From NCBI GenBank assembly GCA_001643675.2, contig LSRY02000032.1:1116001-1180000 (forward strand): a DNA stretch of 64,000 bases. The letters run 5' to 3'. A program made the position numbers and the translations under genes. Positions within the stretch are counted from its first letter, which is position 1, and each line of letters opens with the position of its first letter. This DNA is from Monocercomonoides exilis PA203 (lineage: Eukaryota > Protista > Preaxostyla). Below are positions 1 through 13,500 of the stretch, piece by piece. The notes beneath the pieces were generated by a model. That model worked only from the letters and a program-made list of their open reading frames with translations, was not told the origin of the DNA and ran no database searches.

Positions 1-3000
1 TTCACATTAATGAAGAAGGTAATAACGAATTTAAATTCTAAAAAATATATACAAAAGATAATTTCTATTATCCATTTTAAATTTAGAATTATATTTAGTG
101 CATAATGGATTTATTTTGGATGAAAACTCATTAGGAAGCGATTTTGGTTTAATTTCTGGAGGTGAGATTTTGCTATTCAAAAAAAAGATCAAATCCAGTC
201 AACGGCATGCTGTTAATGATGCAAGCATTTCGCAATCCATTCAAAATCGTGAAAATGAATTTAGAACATCAACAGTAAATCCTATTAAAAATGAAACAAT
301 AAATGAAACAAAACCAAAAACTCCTCCTTTAACGAGTTCAAAGCCGCCACTTCCTCCTTCAAAGAAAAAGTTTGCAGAATCTTCATTTTCTGAAAAAGAA
401 AGAAAGGAATTATCCAAACAAATTGACGAAGCAAAGGAGGAACTTGAAATGCTTCAAAATTTAATTGAAGAAAAAGAAACATTGGAAAAAGAACAAACAG
501 CTCGACAAAAAGAACATTTTGACGAATCAATGGAAAACATTACCCAGAAGTGGAGAAGAGAGCAAGGTATAATCTCTATCTCAAAAACATTTTTATTTCT
601 GAATATGATTTTTGACACTAACAATCCTTCTAATTTTCCTTCTCCTTGACTTATTGAATCATTTCGTTTTGAATACGCTTAGAATTAATAAAATCTCGTT
701 GGAACGAAGATCGCATAACTTTCCAAGAAGAGGCACAAAGACTGATGAAAAGAAGTGAAATTGACAAGGAGCTGGAAAAAGAAACAGAGGAAAACTCTGA
801 AAAGAAGGAGGAGATCTACGCAGAAGGCATATTGTGGAATAAAATACACAACCAATGCTCGATTACTCCGCAGAATGTGGCCGAAGAGCTTCAAACGTAT
901 CAGAAACGTTGCGAGTATGAGATGTCACAAGAGAATGTGTTGAATGAAATGATAGAACTTGCTTCAAACCAAGCTCAGTGCAGAGGAACAACAAATCAAT
1001 TCGGATTAGCAGCTGTTTTGGACGACATGGAACAAGAAATTATCAACCAACAAGAAGCTCTTCAAGCTGAATTTGAGAGAGTTAAAGAACTTGAAACTCG
1101 CACAGCTTCATTGCTGACAAAGGAAATAGAAGAAATGATACGAGTGAGAGAAGAAGAAAGCAGCATTATTGGTCGCTGTTGCACTGTTGCCTGCGAAGTT
1201 GAAGCTGAAGAAGGATCAGATGGTCGCCGTGACAGGCAGAGATGGGACTTTGATCGGTACAGAGATGAGTATGTCTGTGTCACTCTCCTTCCAACAGGAG
1301 AAATACGAGTTGAAACACCAAATTTTGCTTCTGCTTCTGATGACGACTTTTCTTTCAGCACCACACAGTCACTTTCATCTTCAATGCAGCCTGAAAGTCT
1401 TGATGCTGCACAATCACCTCAGATAAAATCATTCAAATTTCATCATGTTCTAACGTCATGTCAGAACTTTCAATCAACATCAACTGCTGAACAGCACAAA
1501 AGCAGTTCTTTTTCAAAACAAATCGATTATTTTACTGGTGCTTCAAGCAATGATTTGTCATTCACGAAGCCAATTGCTCAAGATGTGTTTTGTGGGCGCA
1601 GTTGCTGTGTGTTTTCTTTGGGCTCTTCGTCATTAGCAGAGAAGCCGTCTCGTTCGAAATCGTATTCTTCTTCATTTTCATCACTTAAACAAAAACCTTC
1701 CAATTCTTTTCAACCATCCCAAGAGTTTTTCTCATTTGACAATCCTTCACAAGCAATGAAGCAATCATATTCTCCTTCGCTTTTTGAAACACTTTCATTG
1801 AAAGAATTAAATCCTCAAGGATCATCTGATGCCAAATCTCAGAGCAGCACAAGTATTTTCTCATCTGTTATGAGTGAGCTTTTTCGGCTGTTGTGTGCGA
1901 ATGATAGAAATAGTTGTAATTCTGCAACGCAAACAGGTTCTTTTGTGCAGTCATCGCAATTTCCACAAAAGTCTTCAAAACAACATTTGGCATCACACGA
2001 AGCATATGAAGGAAGGCTTGACTCAGAACTTTCAGAAGCAAAGTTTGGGGAATTTGGAATGAAATTCCAAAGAGAAGAATCAGCACAATCGAAAAAAGTG
2101 CAGGCAGCTGATCGTATTCTTCCTCTCCATTGCTCAATGTCTGTTACTGCTGGGCAGCTTTTTGCAGACGGAATGTTGATTGATCTGTTGAATGAGAACA
2201 GAAAAACTTCAGATAAACAAAACAAAGAGGAGGAAACAGAGGATGGTCACCAAAATTTAAAATCAGAAAGAAAAGCTCAACCAACAAAGGAGGATGAACA
2301 ATCAAGGAAAAGACAACAGACTTACTCTTCCAAGGAAGAAGCAGAAACATCAACGGAAGAAGATAATGCACTTCTGCCTCGATACATTTCATCAGAGAAC
2401 GAATTGAACGAAATTATTTCACGAGCTCTTCGATTGAAAAGACAAAATGAATATCTTCGAAAGCAGTTGAGCGAGCAGAGAGATGCTTCTTTTGCTTCCT
2501 ATCAAAATCGGAAAACGGAGAAGTTATATCAACAAATGATGAAAGCATCTTTTGCAGACAGTTCAAACGAATCTCACTTTTTCGTTCAGGTTACAATCGA
2601 GACAAACAACAACACTACAGAGTTCTTTTTCCCATCTGCAGCCAAAGAGCAATGGAGAGCACGGTCACATTCCGCAGCACAACAACTACGCAATTCATCA
2701 ACAAATGTTGATTCTTCAATCTCTTCTCAGAGTCATCTACTGTTTGTAGATTTTGCACCAATAGCACGCAACAGCAACATTGAATCGTTTGTTGGGAAAG
2801 ATTCATTTTTAAAATCAAAATCACAACTTAGAAAAGAATCATCACCATCTGCGTCATTTGAACAAATATATCCACACATATTGTCTTCAGTTAAGCCAAT
2901 TCAATCAGCTTCTTCTTTCTCTTCGTCTATGTCAACAACAAATTCTCCATTTCAACGAAGCATTCAAGGATTGCACTTCCACAAAGATGTTGCGAGATTA

Positions 3001-3378
3001 ACTATGGAAAATTCTCCATTTTTGACAAATGATGGCAAATCGCTGGAAGTTTTATCATCTGCTTTGTCTTTAATTGATGAAACAGCAAGAGTTGCAAACT
3101 CTTTTCCCCCCGCCTTTCATAACTTAAATTCTTCGCCATATTTTTCTCATTTCCTTGTCAATCAATCTCAAAGTTGCTTATCGTCATCAATCTCAATTTT
3201 GCTAAGTTTAATTCGTTCTATCTTGAAGATTTCTTCCAACAGATGTTTGATGGTTGTATTTTATTCTTCAACATCAACATCTTCTTCGAACACGATGAAT
3301 GTTTTCTTGACTGCTGCTACATTCGCAAAAGCTTTGGAAGGAGAAGGATATAACAAACCAAAAAAGAACAAAACATAA
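1..3378 (+). CDS. Hypothetical coiled-coil/Ser-rich protein, 5'-truncated; possible ubiquitin-like domain remnant at the N-terminus
   Basis: ORFs 98..649 and 745..3378 join in frame via GT-AG intron 567..682 (..WRREQ-E-LIKSRWNEDR..). A further intron 19..98 (gtaata..tttag) links to an exon running off the window edge. E/K-rich heptad segments are present. GFILDENSLGSDFGLISGGEILL weakly resembles the C-terminal half of a UBL fold. Confidence 0.75.
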
Positions 3379-4014
3379 TTTCATAAACTTGCAAATACAA
3401 TGTGCTTGATATTTTTCAAAAGGAATCTAATATTTCGAATAAATAAATAATTCTGTTTGAAATATATTATTTTTAACAATTATTGTAATTGATTTTTGTA
3501 ATTAACTTTTGTGTTTTCAAACTTTAGTTATTTTTAGTAATTAATATTTTTATTTGATTTTATTTCGAATACAAAAATAAAAATTCAACAAAAGCATAAC
3601 CTTCTCAAAACACAATAACATTTTTTGATTACAATTATTTACTTTTGAAATATGCGGGATTGAGAAGAATTTACAAAAGTTGTATATTTGTCATTTTTTG
3701 CTGCAAATTATCAAGATTGATCAATTAATAAATCATATCAACAGAAAAAATTATCTTCATGAAAATTGTAGAGAATGTGAAATTTCAAAAAACATACGAA
3801 ATGATTTTCATCCATTCGATCAATTCCAAATTAGTTTTATTGCACATTAAGTCCTTTGTGTGGAAATATAGAAAACAGCCATCAAAAAATTAATAAAAAT
3901 AAAAACAAATGTCTTTTATTGAAACATAAACACTTTGTTTTCTTTGCATACACATTTCTTTCGACAAATCAAAAATTTATGTAACAGGAATTAATAACTT
4001 TTCAAAAAAATTAT

Positions 4015-4022
4015 AAAAAAAA
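4015..4022 (-). terminator. Pol III terminator (oligo-T) of tRNA-Lys
   Basis: T-run on the minus strand a few nt downstream of the tRNA 3' end. Confidence 0.6.
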
Positions 4023-4026
4023 CATT

Positions 4027-4100
4027 CGCCCACCAAGGGACTCGAACCCTTGACCGTTCGGTTAAAAGCCGAACGCTCTACCAAACTGAGCTAGGTGGGC
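4027..4100 (-). tRNA. tRNA-Lys (anticodon UUU)
   Basis: Reverse complement GCCCACCTAGCTCAGTTTGGTAGAGCGTTCGGCTTTTAACCGAACGGTCAAGGGTTCGAGTCCCTTGGTGGGCG folds into a cloverleaf. Acceptor stem GCCCACC/GGTGGGC, D-loop TGG, anticodon loop CTTTTAA, T-loop GTTCGAG. No intron and no encoded CCA. Confidence 0.97.
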
Positions 4101-4567
4101 TTCTTGAAAAAGGGGTTTTTCCATGTTTAACATAATATTTACGATAATCACTTTTCAAAGTTAACTTCTTAAATTTTCAAACGGAGAGTTTTTTTGAATC
4201 AAAGTTATTATCATTATTGTTTAATTTATATTTGCTTGAAATGTTTAATATTTAATTCGTTTTTTATAGTTGTTTTAACTCCACTGTTGAAACTTTTGGC
4301 AAATGTCGCAAAAAACTGAGACTGCTTTTATGTTAAAAAATAAACCAAACTTTTGATTTAAAATTTTATTATTTTTAAATGTTGAATAAGAAATAAAAGA
4401 AAAAGTATAACTAATTTAAAAAACACTTCACTACATTCATATTTTGAACGTGTGCTTAAACGATTACAAAGTGAAAATATGCTCTTTTGATTCTAAAATT
4501 AAAACTACAATATATTACAGAAATACATTACGAATGGATTTTATTTATTCTGCTTTTTTGGTTTTGC

Positions 4568-7500
4568 TCACTTTTCTTGAAGTGCTAATTCTATCTGCTT
4601 TTTCAGCATGGATTCTGTTGGATAAAATGGTAGATAAACTGTTTTTTCTGATGTGTCGAATCTAATTCTTTCTTTGTTTTCCATCGCTTTTATTGAAGTA
4701 TCATCAATGTCGTTTTCACATTTTTCGATAACAACTTTCCATTCTTCGTACTCTTTCGCACTTTGTCCAAATGCATCATCTTGCTCTGCCATAACACTTT
4801 TAAGTTCTTCTTTGATGAGAGATGAAGGTTTCTGAATAGAATCTCCATTTTTCACAATTTCTGTTTCAACATTTTTAATGAATTCTCCATAGCACCACCT
4901 TGGACAACTGTAACCCGTAACTTTCTTCCAAAACATTAATTGATTAGAATACGAAAGAGATGACAATGCATTCATCACGTTCTGTTTAAATTCTACAAGA
5001 GAGTCTTCTGTGCTTTCCACTTCACCATTCGCATAAGAGAAACGGACAACAGTTCTTTCAATAGGATAAGTGAAAAGAGACTGCTTTTGTGCATTTGGTG
5101 CCTGTGAACTAAAACCTTCTCCTTTGTTGATTATCCTTTCCAAATCCGATCCTGAAGCAAAACACAAAAGTTCAACAGGCAACACTTGCAACAATCCTTG
5201 TTGTATTTCTTTTGCTTCTGCTCTCCCTTCTTCCCTTCGTTTTTCAACTTCTGATACTATTTTGGCATACAAATCAGCTTTCTCGGAAGTATTTTGTTCT
5301 TTGCATTTTTCAAGTTGTTGTTGAATATTCCTTACGAAATTTATGTCCTCATATTTCAATTCTTCGAGACTTGTTAAAAGATTTGAGAAAGGCATCAGTG
5401 AATAACTCTTGAAACACAAATCTGCAAGCAGACTCCAAATGCGTGGGGAAAGAGGAAGTCTCATTGGCACAGACGTAAGAGCACACAATCCCATCAAAAT
5501 ACCAACAAAGCGAAGCATTTGCCGTTTTTTCATTGGTATTTGTGAATAATCGCGATCTACGCTTTCAGAATGAGGAATGCCAGTGCTCCATTCATTTTCA
5601 TCATTCGCTGTATTAAATACCAGAAGATCTGAACTCATTTCTTGAGTGCAATTCACATTGTTAACAGACGGCTTAAAGATAGGTAAGAAGCAATGCATCG
5701 GCGCATGCTCGTGTGTTCTTTCTGTTTTCAGTGAGACGCCATCTCTGAGGAGGCACAACTCTGCTGATATCATCTTCAGACAATCGTCGTGTGACAGAAC
5801 AACCGCAATATTCTGTTCAGTTACACCGACAATCCTCTTTGGTCGATTAACTTCCTCTTCTTTCTTCCATTCAGATGACTCTTCTTCTTCTTCGTCATTC
5901 TCGTCCAATCCAACTACCATTCCCATTTTGCGCAATCTGGCCTTCTCCTTTTGCAATTTCTCTTCTCTCAGTTTTTCTTTCCTTCTCTTCTCCTTTTCTC
6001 TCTCTTTTTCCTTCTGCTTTTCTTTCTCCTTTGCAGCCTTTGACATGAACGGATTAATTAGAAGACCCAAATTAGAAAGAAGCTCTCTGAAATCGGCAGA
6101 TGGATCGAATGACTCGTCGCTTTCGGCCAGCTCCATCTCAGACATGGCACTGATATTCTTTCTCCTCGAAGAGCGTTGCATTCCTAGTTGCATGTGACGC
6201 AGCTGGCTATCTCCGAATATCTCACCATAATCTTCTTCGTCCTCGTCTCCTTCTTCAAGCAGTTGATCAACGATGGACATTGGCTGAGCATCAAGTGCAC
6301 GACGCAGAAGAGGCTCTTTGTCCAGCTTCTTCCATTCTTCGCTGCTCTCATCAAGCTCATTTCCACCAACCAGTTTGCTTCCTTTCTTTTCAGATAAAGT
6401 TTCAGTTGAAGATTTTCCTTCTGCTTCGTTCGATTTCTGCTCTCCTTTCTGCTCGTTGTTCATTTCTGTGTCTATTCCAAGTGCCATGGCTCGACGACGG
6501 CGAATGATTTTCTTTGAAATAGGTTTTACTGCCTCAACGAACATCATGTGATCATTGCAATCGATAGACGAAGACGAAATACCTTCATTGAATGCTGCCA
6601 AAGTTGCATAGAAAAGGCTGTTTGATGGAGTAGCCCGAATACGAGACGGGAGTACATTCACAGTGCGGATGACAGTAGTTTGAGAGGAAGTGGCTGATAA
6701 AGCATGGATCGCAATTTTTTGTGTTGATGGAAGAGAATACGGGAACAGGACTCTTAAATGAGCAACGTCATCTTTCACAGAAAATGTTTGTGGAATTGCA
6801 ATATTCAATGGAGAAGTGAAACTCAATGAAGAATGAGCATAAAGTGTAAGTGGAAGGTGGACATTCACAAAGAATTTCCATATTTTCTCCCGAACACTTG
6901 AAAAGAATAGTGAAGAAATTGAAGAAAGAATCTGAATGAACCCAAATGAAGTGGTCATAAGGAAAGAAAGTGGAACATATGAAAGAAGATAATTCACACA
7001 ACGATTCAGATGCAAAAGTCGATTGAACTCGACTTCAGCTTTACTCAACTGGGCAAGACAGCTCTCTGTTGAGGCATGCTGTTTATTTGTTGCTTCTTTA
7101 AACTCATTCTTTAGCAATGGGCTCGATATACCCTTCTTCAAATCATCGAGCATCTCAATTTTCAGATGATCAAATGTTACAGATTCTTCTCCGTTCAGTG
7201 AACACTTCTTGACAATATGCTTCACAGCATCCAAAATCCATTGCGCTATAAGATTTGTTCCTTCAACATTTGCCTCTGAAGAAGTGGAATGATTATGTGC
7301 AGATTTATGTGTGTCAAATGCCTTCAAGAAGAATTGAGATTGATTTTTACGATCATTGAATATCGGATATATTATTCCATGGAGACATGTATTCATTTCA
7401 CTTTCACTTTCAGATTCAGACGATGATGATGACGAAGAAGAGGAAGCAGATGACTCAGCTTCGCGTTTCAGAGTCATTCCAACAAATGATCCGTTCATAA

Positions 7501-10500
7501 TTATTCTCTTTGGCAATGTTGAATCATGAGTAAATGTGATGACATGTTTTGACGACGATTCTTTTGAAGTAATTGTGAGGATGACTCCTTTTCCTATTTT
7601 GCAGCTTTGACTCAGAAGAACAACAACAGAAGATGCAGATGGGAACGATTCTGATTTTTCAAACTGAGACTCTTTCGACTCATAATAGAACCCTCTGCGA
7701 AGATAGGCAGAAATGATAGAGCTTAATATGCTCCGATGCTTTGCCGCACAGTCGAAATGATATTTTGACTCTACAACAATATCCTTTGTGATGTCTGCCA
7801 AAGAAAGTTCATCTGAAGCATCGAATTGATTGAGTGCAAAACGTGCTGAAAGGAATGCATTTTCCAATCCATTTTGTTCAATGCTCTTTGCAAGAGATTC
7901 TTTATATAAATCACATTCTTTGGATTTATCAGTTCCAGAAGTTTTCTGTGTGTGGGAATGGAAACAGTTAAGATTTTGTATTCTTTCAAGAAGACTCGAC
8001 AACTGCGATTCAATTTCAATCAAAGGAACAATTCCATGTGTTTTTAGTGTTTTCTGATCAGAGCACCCACTTTCGGTTTTAATAATAGAAATGTACTTTT
8101 CGATCATTTTTTCTGGAAGAACCTTAACGATTCTTGTAATCGCCTTTTCATTGAATGAGTTTGAAATACAAGTTGAGCTTAAGCAATTGGATTCCAGGCA
8201 TTGAGATATTCGAGTGATCAGTCGTGTCAAGATAAGAGAATACAAAGGAAGCAACGGATGATGAGAATCAAACATTGCCATCAAAGAAATAAGAGGTGAG
8301 ACAAATGGTGCTAAGTCGATAATCGATTGATTTTCATCTCCTTCAATTGAAATTGGCAGATTCAGCAAAATCTGAAGAACAAATGCAATATATTCGAGAA
8401 CTCCTCTTCCTTCTTCTTTCAGATTAGCTTCTTTCAAATCTTCATACTTGTCCTTTTTGCTATCATCTTTGAATGATTCAATGCTTTGCAGTCTTCGACT
8501 TCTTGTAATCGCCTTTTGCTGTGCTCTAATCATTGCCTTCCATTCCATGATCTGCAGTGGTGCAGTTTCTGCAGGGAGTGCAGATAGCTTGCGCTTGCCT
8601 TTGGCCATTTCTGTCAACGAATCAGAGTCAGATTCAGATTCAGAAGTGTTTTCATTTTCTGAATCTTCCTCTTCGCTTTCATCCTGCTGTTCGAGAAGCC
8701 CATCTTCGTCTCCTGCTCCTTCAATGCCCTCACCTCCAGCAGCCTTTTTCTTAGCTAAGTCTTTGTCCTTCGAAGTTGAGCTTGTCGACTTCAATATGTT
8801 CCGTTCCTTCCATTTTGAGCTTCCCTTTGCATCGACAACCCAGAATCTGTATCCCCATTCGTTGACACTTGCATCTGATACAAACTTCATCACACATCTG
8901 TCTGTTCCTTCAATTGTGAAATCTCCCCAGTTCTTCCTTCCTTTCTCTCCACAGCATTTCTTGATTTCCTTCCCAGTTTTTGCATCGCTAAATATCAAGC
9001 AGTCCAATTTGCCATCTGTGCAGCACCGCGAATCAAAGATGATTCTGAGTCCCTTCGCGCCTTTTAGTTGAATCTCTTTCACAATATCAGCGCTGTTGGG
9101 GTATGGATGAGCAGATGACTGTACAATACTTTTGCTCGGCACAAAGTAATCTCCCCATTCTGCTTCTTTCCGCTCTTCCTTGTCTGCTTTCTTTAATTTC
9201 TTCTTTTCCTTTTCTGAGGCCTTCTTTGGCGGTTGCACTGCGTGAACAAGTTTTGCTTCGTATTGTTCTTTGATGCGTTCCTTTTTCTTCTCTTCATTCG
9301 AACACAAGCGGCGATATGCAGAAAATGGTGAAGGAGGAATAAAAGATGTGCTGGATTGAGACAAATCAACTGCTGTGCCGTTGGGTGATACGTAACAGTT
9401 GAACAGTGAAGGAGAAGGAAACACTGCTGTCGAGGGAGAGTCTTCAGAAACAACAACAGCTGCACTCAAAAGAGAAGGTGACTGAAGAAGTGTCATGCAA
9501 GATGCTACAAGGAAATCGATAAGTGCAGTTCCAGTTGCTTTTTTCGATGTGGCCTCTGAGAATTCAGACGATATCAAAGCCATTCTTGTATCCTTTGTTG
9601 CTTTATGATGTCTGAACAATTCCTCCCGAACCAAAAGCGAGAATCTACAAGCCAATGCAACAATTCGTTCTTCATCAGAAGATGGGCAAAGGCGTTGAAG
9701 ATGTGTTGGCAGTGAATCAGCAGAAGACGAATACTCTGAGTTGTTTGGCTGTACAACTTTCTTTGCAAATGGAGATGCTGAAGGAAATGCAACAAACAGT
9801 CCGCTCATCACTTTCCGCAACAGCACACAAAGCATATTATCGTCAAATGCTCCAACAACTGCACGGAAAGTTGATGTTGACGAAATCAACTTCAGATTTG
9901 AGAGGTAAGTCAACAAGATCTGGGAGTGAAGGGAATGAGAAAGAGCTTCTTCTGCAAGAAGCAAGCGTTTCATTACTGAAGGAGCAACAACACTCAGATT
10001 GCTTTTTCCTTCATTTCCTTTTTTCACATTCAGCTGAGCTTTCACAACAGCGTCTTCTCCGTTCATTTCAAAGTCTTTCTTCGATGTTTGCTTGATTTGT
10101 GAATATTTGCTTTCATCTTTCCCACTTTCTTCCTCTTTTGCGTCACTTGAGAAGTATTCATCTGGAATTTGCTCACTTTTCAGTCCTGTTCGAAGAGCTA
10201 GTCCTCTTCCTGTTCCTTCTGAGCTTTCTAATGAAGAGGCAGCAGCAATTGTTGAAGGCACGTTCCTTGTTGCCTGCAATGGAGTGACGTTCAACGGGAG
10301 AACTATTTTTCGCAAGTGGGTTATGTCAGTCCACACAAACTCGTTCTGCCCACTTTCTTCGTCAGCAGTCATCAAGAGAATTCGTTCTATTCTCTTTGAT
10401 TCTTCTTCCATTGCCTCCTTTTCCTTCTCTTCAGTCCATTCACCTTTATCCATCAATGCCTTCCTCTCTCTTTCTTTCTCTTCCTCTTCCTCATCGCTTA

Positions 10501-13500
10501 AACCTCCTTCAACTTCCCAAACAAGGCCAATGCATTCACGCTCAGTGTGAGAGCTAGCTATTGATTGCGTTTTCGATAAGTTTTCAGAACAACATCCTTC
10601 ACTTGGCAAGCAAACAAGGACAGTCTGTCCAACTCTGACTTTCTCACGACGCACAAAATGTTTAGCTGAAGATGTATCAACAGATGGCACAAATGGGACA
10701 ACACCACTTCGATCAAGTTGTCCTTTCATGTAGCTGTAAAGAGAATGGATGAACGTCGCATAAGCTTGTTCATCCACACCATCCAAATCTTCAATTGTGG
10801 TAATATCATCCGAAAGAAGCGCTTTTGATCCTTCATTTTGAGTCAGACTTGTGCTCAAGCTGGAAGTTGATGGAGCCACAGAAACAGAAGAAGATGCTGA
10901 TAATAGTTCTGGATCCTTCCTTCCGCTTATTTGCTGTGCAGCAAGAAGTCTTTTCGCTGCGATTGCAGATTCTGTTTCGAGTGAACGGCCCAGCCACATC
11001 ATTCCTGTTCCACATGCAGCCGATACAGTTCCACTCAAATCTCCCACGAATGTGTTGATTGGCTGAGTGGGTGCTGAGTCAGAAGAAGGAGGAGTCTTAA
11101 GCATAGATAGAAGCTTGACTGACGGATGAAGCATCGAAGGAGATAAAAATGTTGAATCAACAACAGCCATTTCATTGCTCTTGGCTTCTGCAGTATCTGC
11201 TTTACTCGACTCGTTACTCCAATTTTCCAACGTTATTCCTTCGGGAATATCATCTTCTTTCTCTTTCTTTTCGCTTTGAGAGATGTCTTTTCCATCTTTC
11301 ATCAACTTTGAATGAGACAAGAACAGACTTTCAACACAAAATGAATAAAGTTTCAATTTCTTTTCTGGAATCGTCGGTTCTGATGCTTTTGATGTCGTTT
11401 CAGATGGTTTTCCAGTTTCAACTTCCTTTTTCTCTTCTTTTTCAGAATCATCAGTCTTTGAGCTGTCCTTTCCAACTGAAGAGTCATCTTTTTTAATATC
11501 TTCGGCTCCTATCAGCACATCAAGAATTGCTAAGGAAATAGAATCATCTTTAACATTGTCTTCAATTTCATCTTCTCCGAACAACGAAATCAATCCACTT
11601 TCATCATTCTTTATTGGCTCATGCACTTTTGGCATGCCATACACTTTCTTCGGGATTTGAGAAATTAATGTTTGCTCATACGCAACCAGATCTACAGCAG
11701 ATGCATGAGTCGCCTTGGAAGCATTAACAGATAAAAGCGCTGGTTTTTGTTCGGAGGTGTATATCTTAATCTGAGCTGACCGCTCTCCTCCACTTTCCTT
11801 TGTCGAATCAGAGATACCAACTACAGCTGTGTCGCTTGCATTGCTGGCTGTGCTATTAAACGGCAAAATACTGTTTTTGTTCTGAGATTCAATTCTTTGC
11901 TCTGCTTCAACAACGCGCTTAATGAGGCTTTCTTCTTCTTCTCTAATTCTTTCATTTGTTTTGCTTTCAATTTCTCCAATATTCGTTTCTTGTTTTTTTG
12001 AATCATCTTCCTTATTATCCTTCTGCTCGCCTTTAACTTCATCTTTTTCTTGTAAAGTTTCATTTACCTTTGATATTTTTTCCTGCTTCTCCATTGCATG
12101 AGCCAGTCTTGTTCCAAAAACAGTTTCAGAAGGAATCTTCTTTTTACTGTTAACATTTGCTGCATTTGCACCAACTGGACATTCAGCAGCTTTTACAACA
12201 GCTCGCGAAGGCATATTAGCAGAGGCGCCATTCATAATCTTCCAGAAGTGGCTGCTTGTATAAGCGTCTTCTTCTGCGCTCTCCTCTTTCTTTTCTTGCT
12301 TGACGGACAAATAAGGAATAGGCGCTCCCAGAACAGGAAGTTCCTTTGTTAAGTCTTTCGTGAGTGCCTGTGAAGAAATGCTTTCAGACACCGAATATGA
12401 AGGAGGCGGTCCAAAGAACGTGGAAGGAGATTCAATGACTTCCATTCGAGACAGCCAATCCTTCTTTTCTTCTTCTTCCTCTTCTTCTGAATCATCACTT
12501 GAGCTATCATCTTCGTCTTCTTCTTCTTCCTCCTCTTCCTCTTCCTCTTCCTCTTCCTCATCGTCGTCGTCATCATCATCAGAATCAGAATCAGAGTCAG
12601 AGTCAGAGTCAGAGTCAGAATCAGAATCATCACTTCCTCCTAGCAAGCCCTCTCCTTTCGTCCAAAATCTTCTGAACTTTTTCTTTTTTTCAGTGTCTTT
12701 CGATTCTTTCGTTCTTTTCCCTGAACTCGAATCGGATAAATCATTCTTACTTGCATCATCATCTGAATCATCTAAACCATCTGAATCAGCAAAATCTTTT
12801 TCTTCTATTCCTAACATTGCCCCGACCGTTTGTTTGTTGATAGGAATCTCTCCCCGAAGCATCATAAGTATCACGTCATCATCAGTTAAACCCTTATCAG
12901 AGGAAGCTGAAGCCTTTGCAGATGCAGATTTCGTTGAGGCAGTTTCAGAAACATCACCATAATCGTTTTTATCGCTTTCATTCGTGTGCTCTTTGGACGT
13001 TTCCTCCTTTCGTAGAAACTGTCCAACATCAACTGGATGCTCAATGAAGCTGTGTGTCTGAAGAAGAAGCGAAAGAGCCATAAACAAATCGTCGCTTTCA
13101 ATGTCTTCACTTTTTGTCACTTTGCAATCCTTATCACTTTTTTCTCCCTTCAAAGCATCTAAAACTGAAGTTGCTCCAGAAATAGGAGATACTCCTGTCT
13201 TTTTCAATGCAAATGTTGAAGCTAACAGACTCAGTGCTTGCTTTTCTGCTTCTGCTTCAATCTCCTTCTTTGCTAAAGCCAGTGCTTGTTCTTGCGTTAT
13301 TGGATTCTTTGTGAATGAAGACGTAGCCAGTAACATCATCATTCCATCGAAATATTCATTCTTTTTGCTGATTTCATTCGCACATTCAGATATACCCATG
13401 TCAGTTTCAGGTTTTGTATCTGCCACTTTTTCTTTTTCTTTTTCTTTTTCTTTCCCTTCGATCGTTTTGCTTTCGCTCCCAGATACTTCTGAAATAAGGA

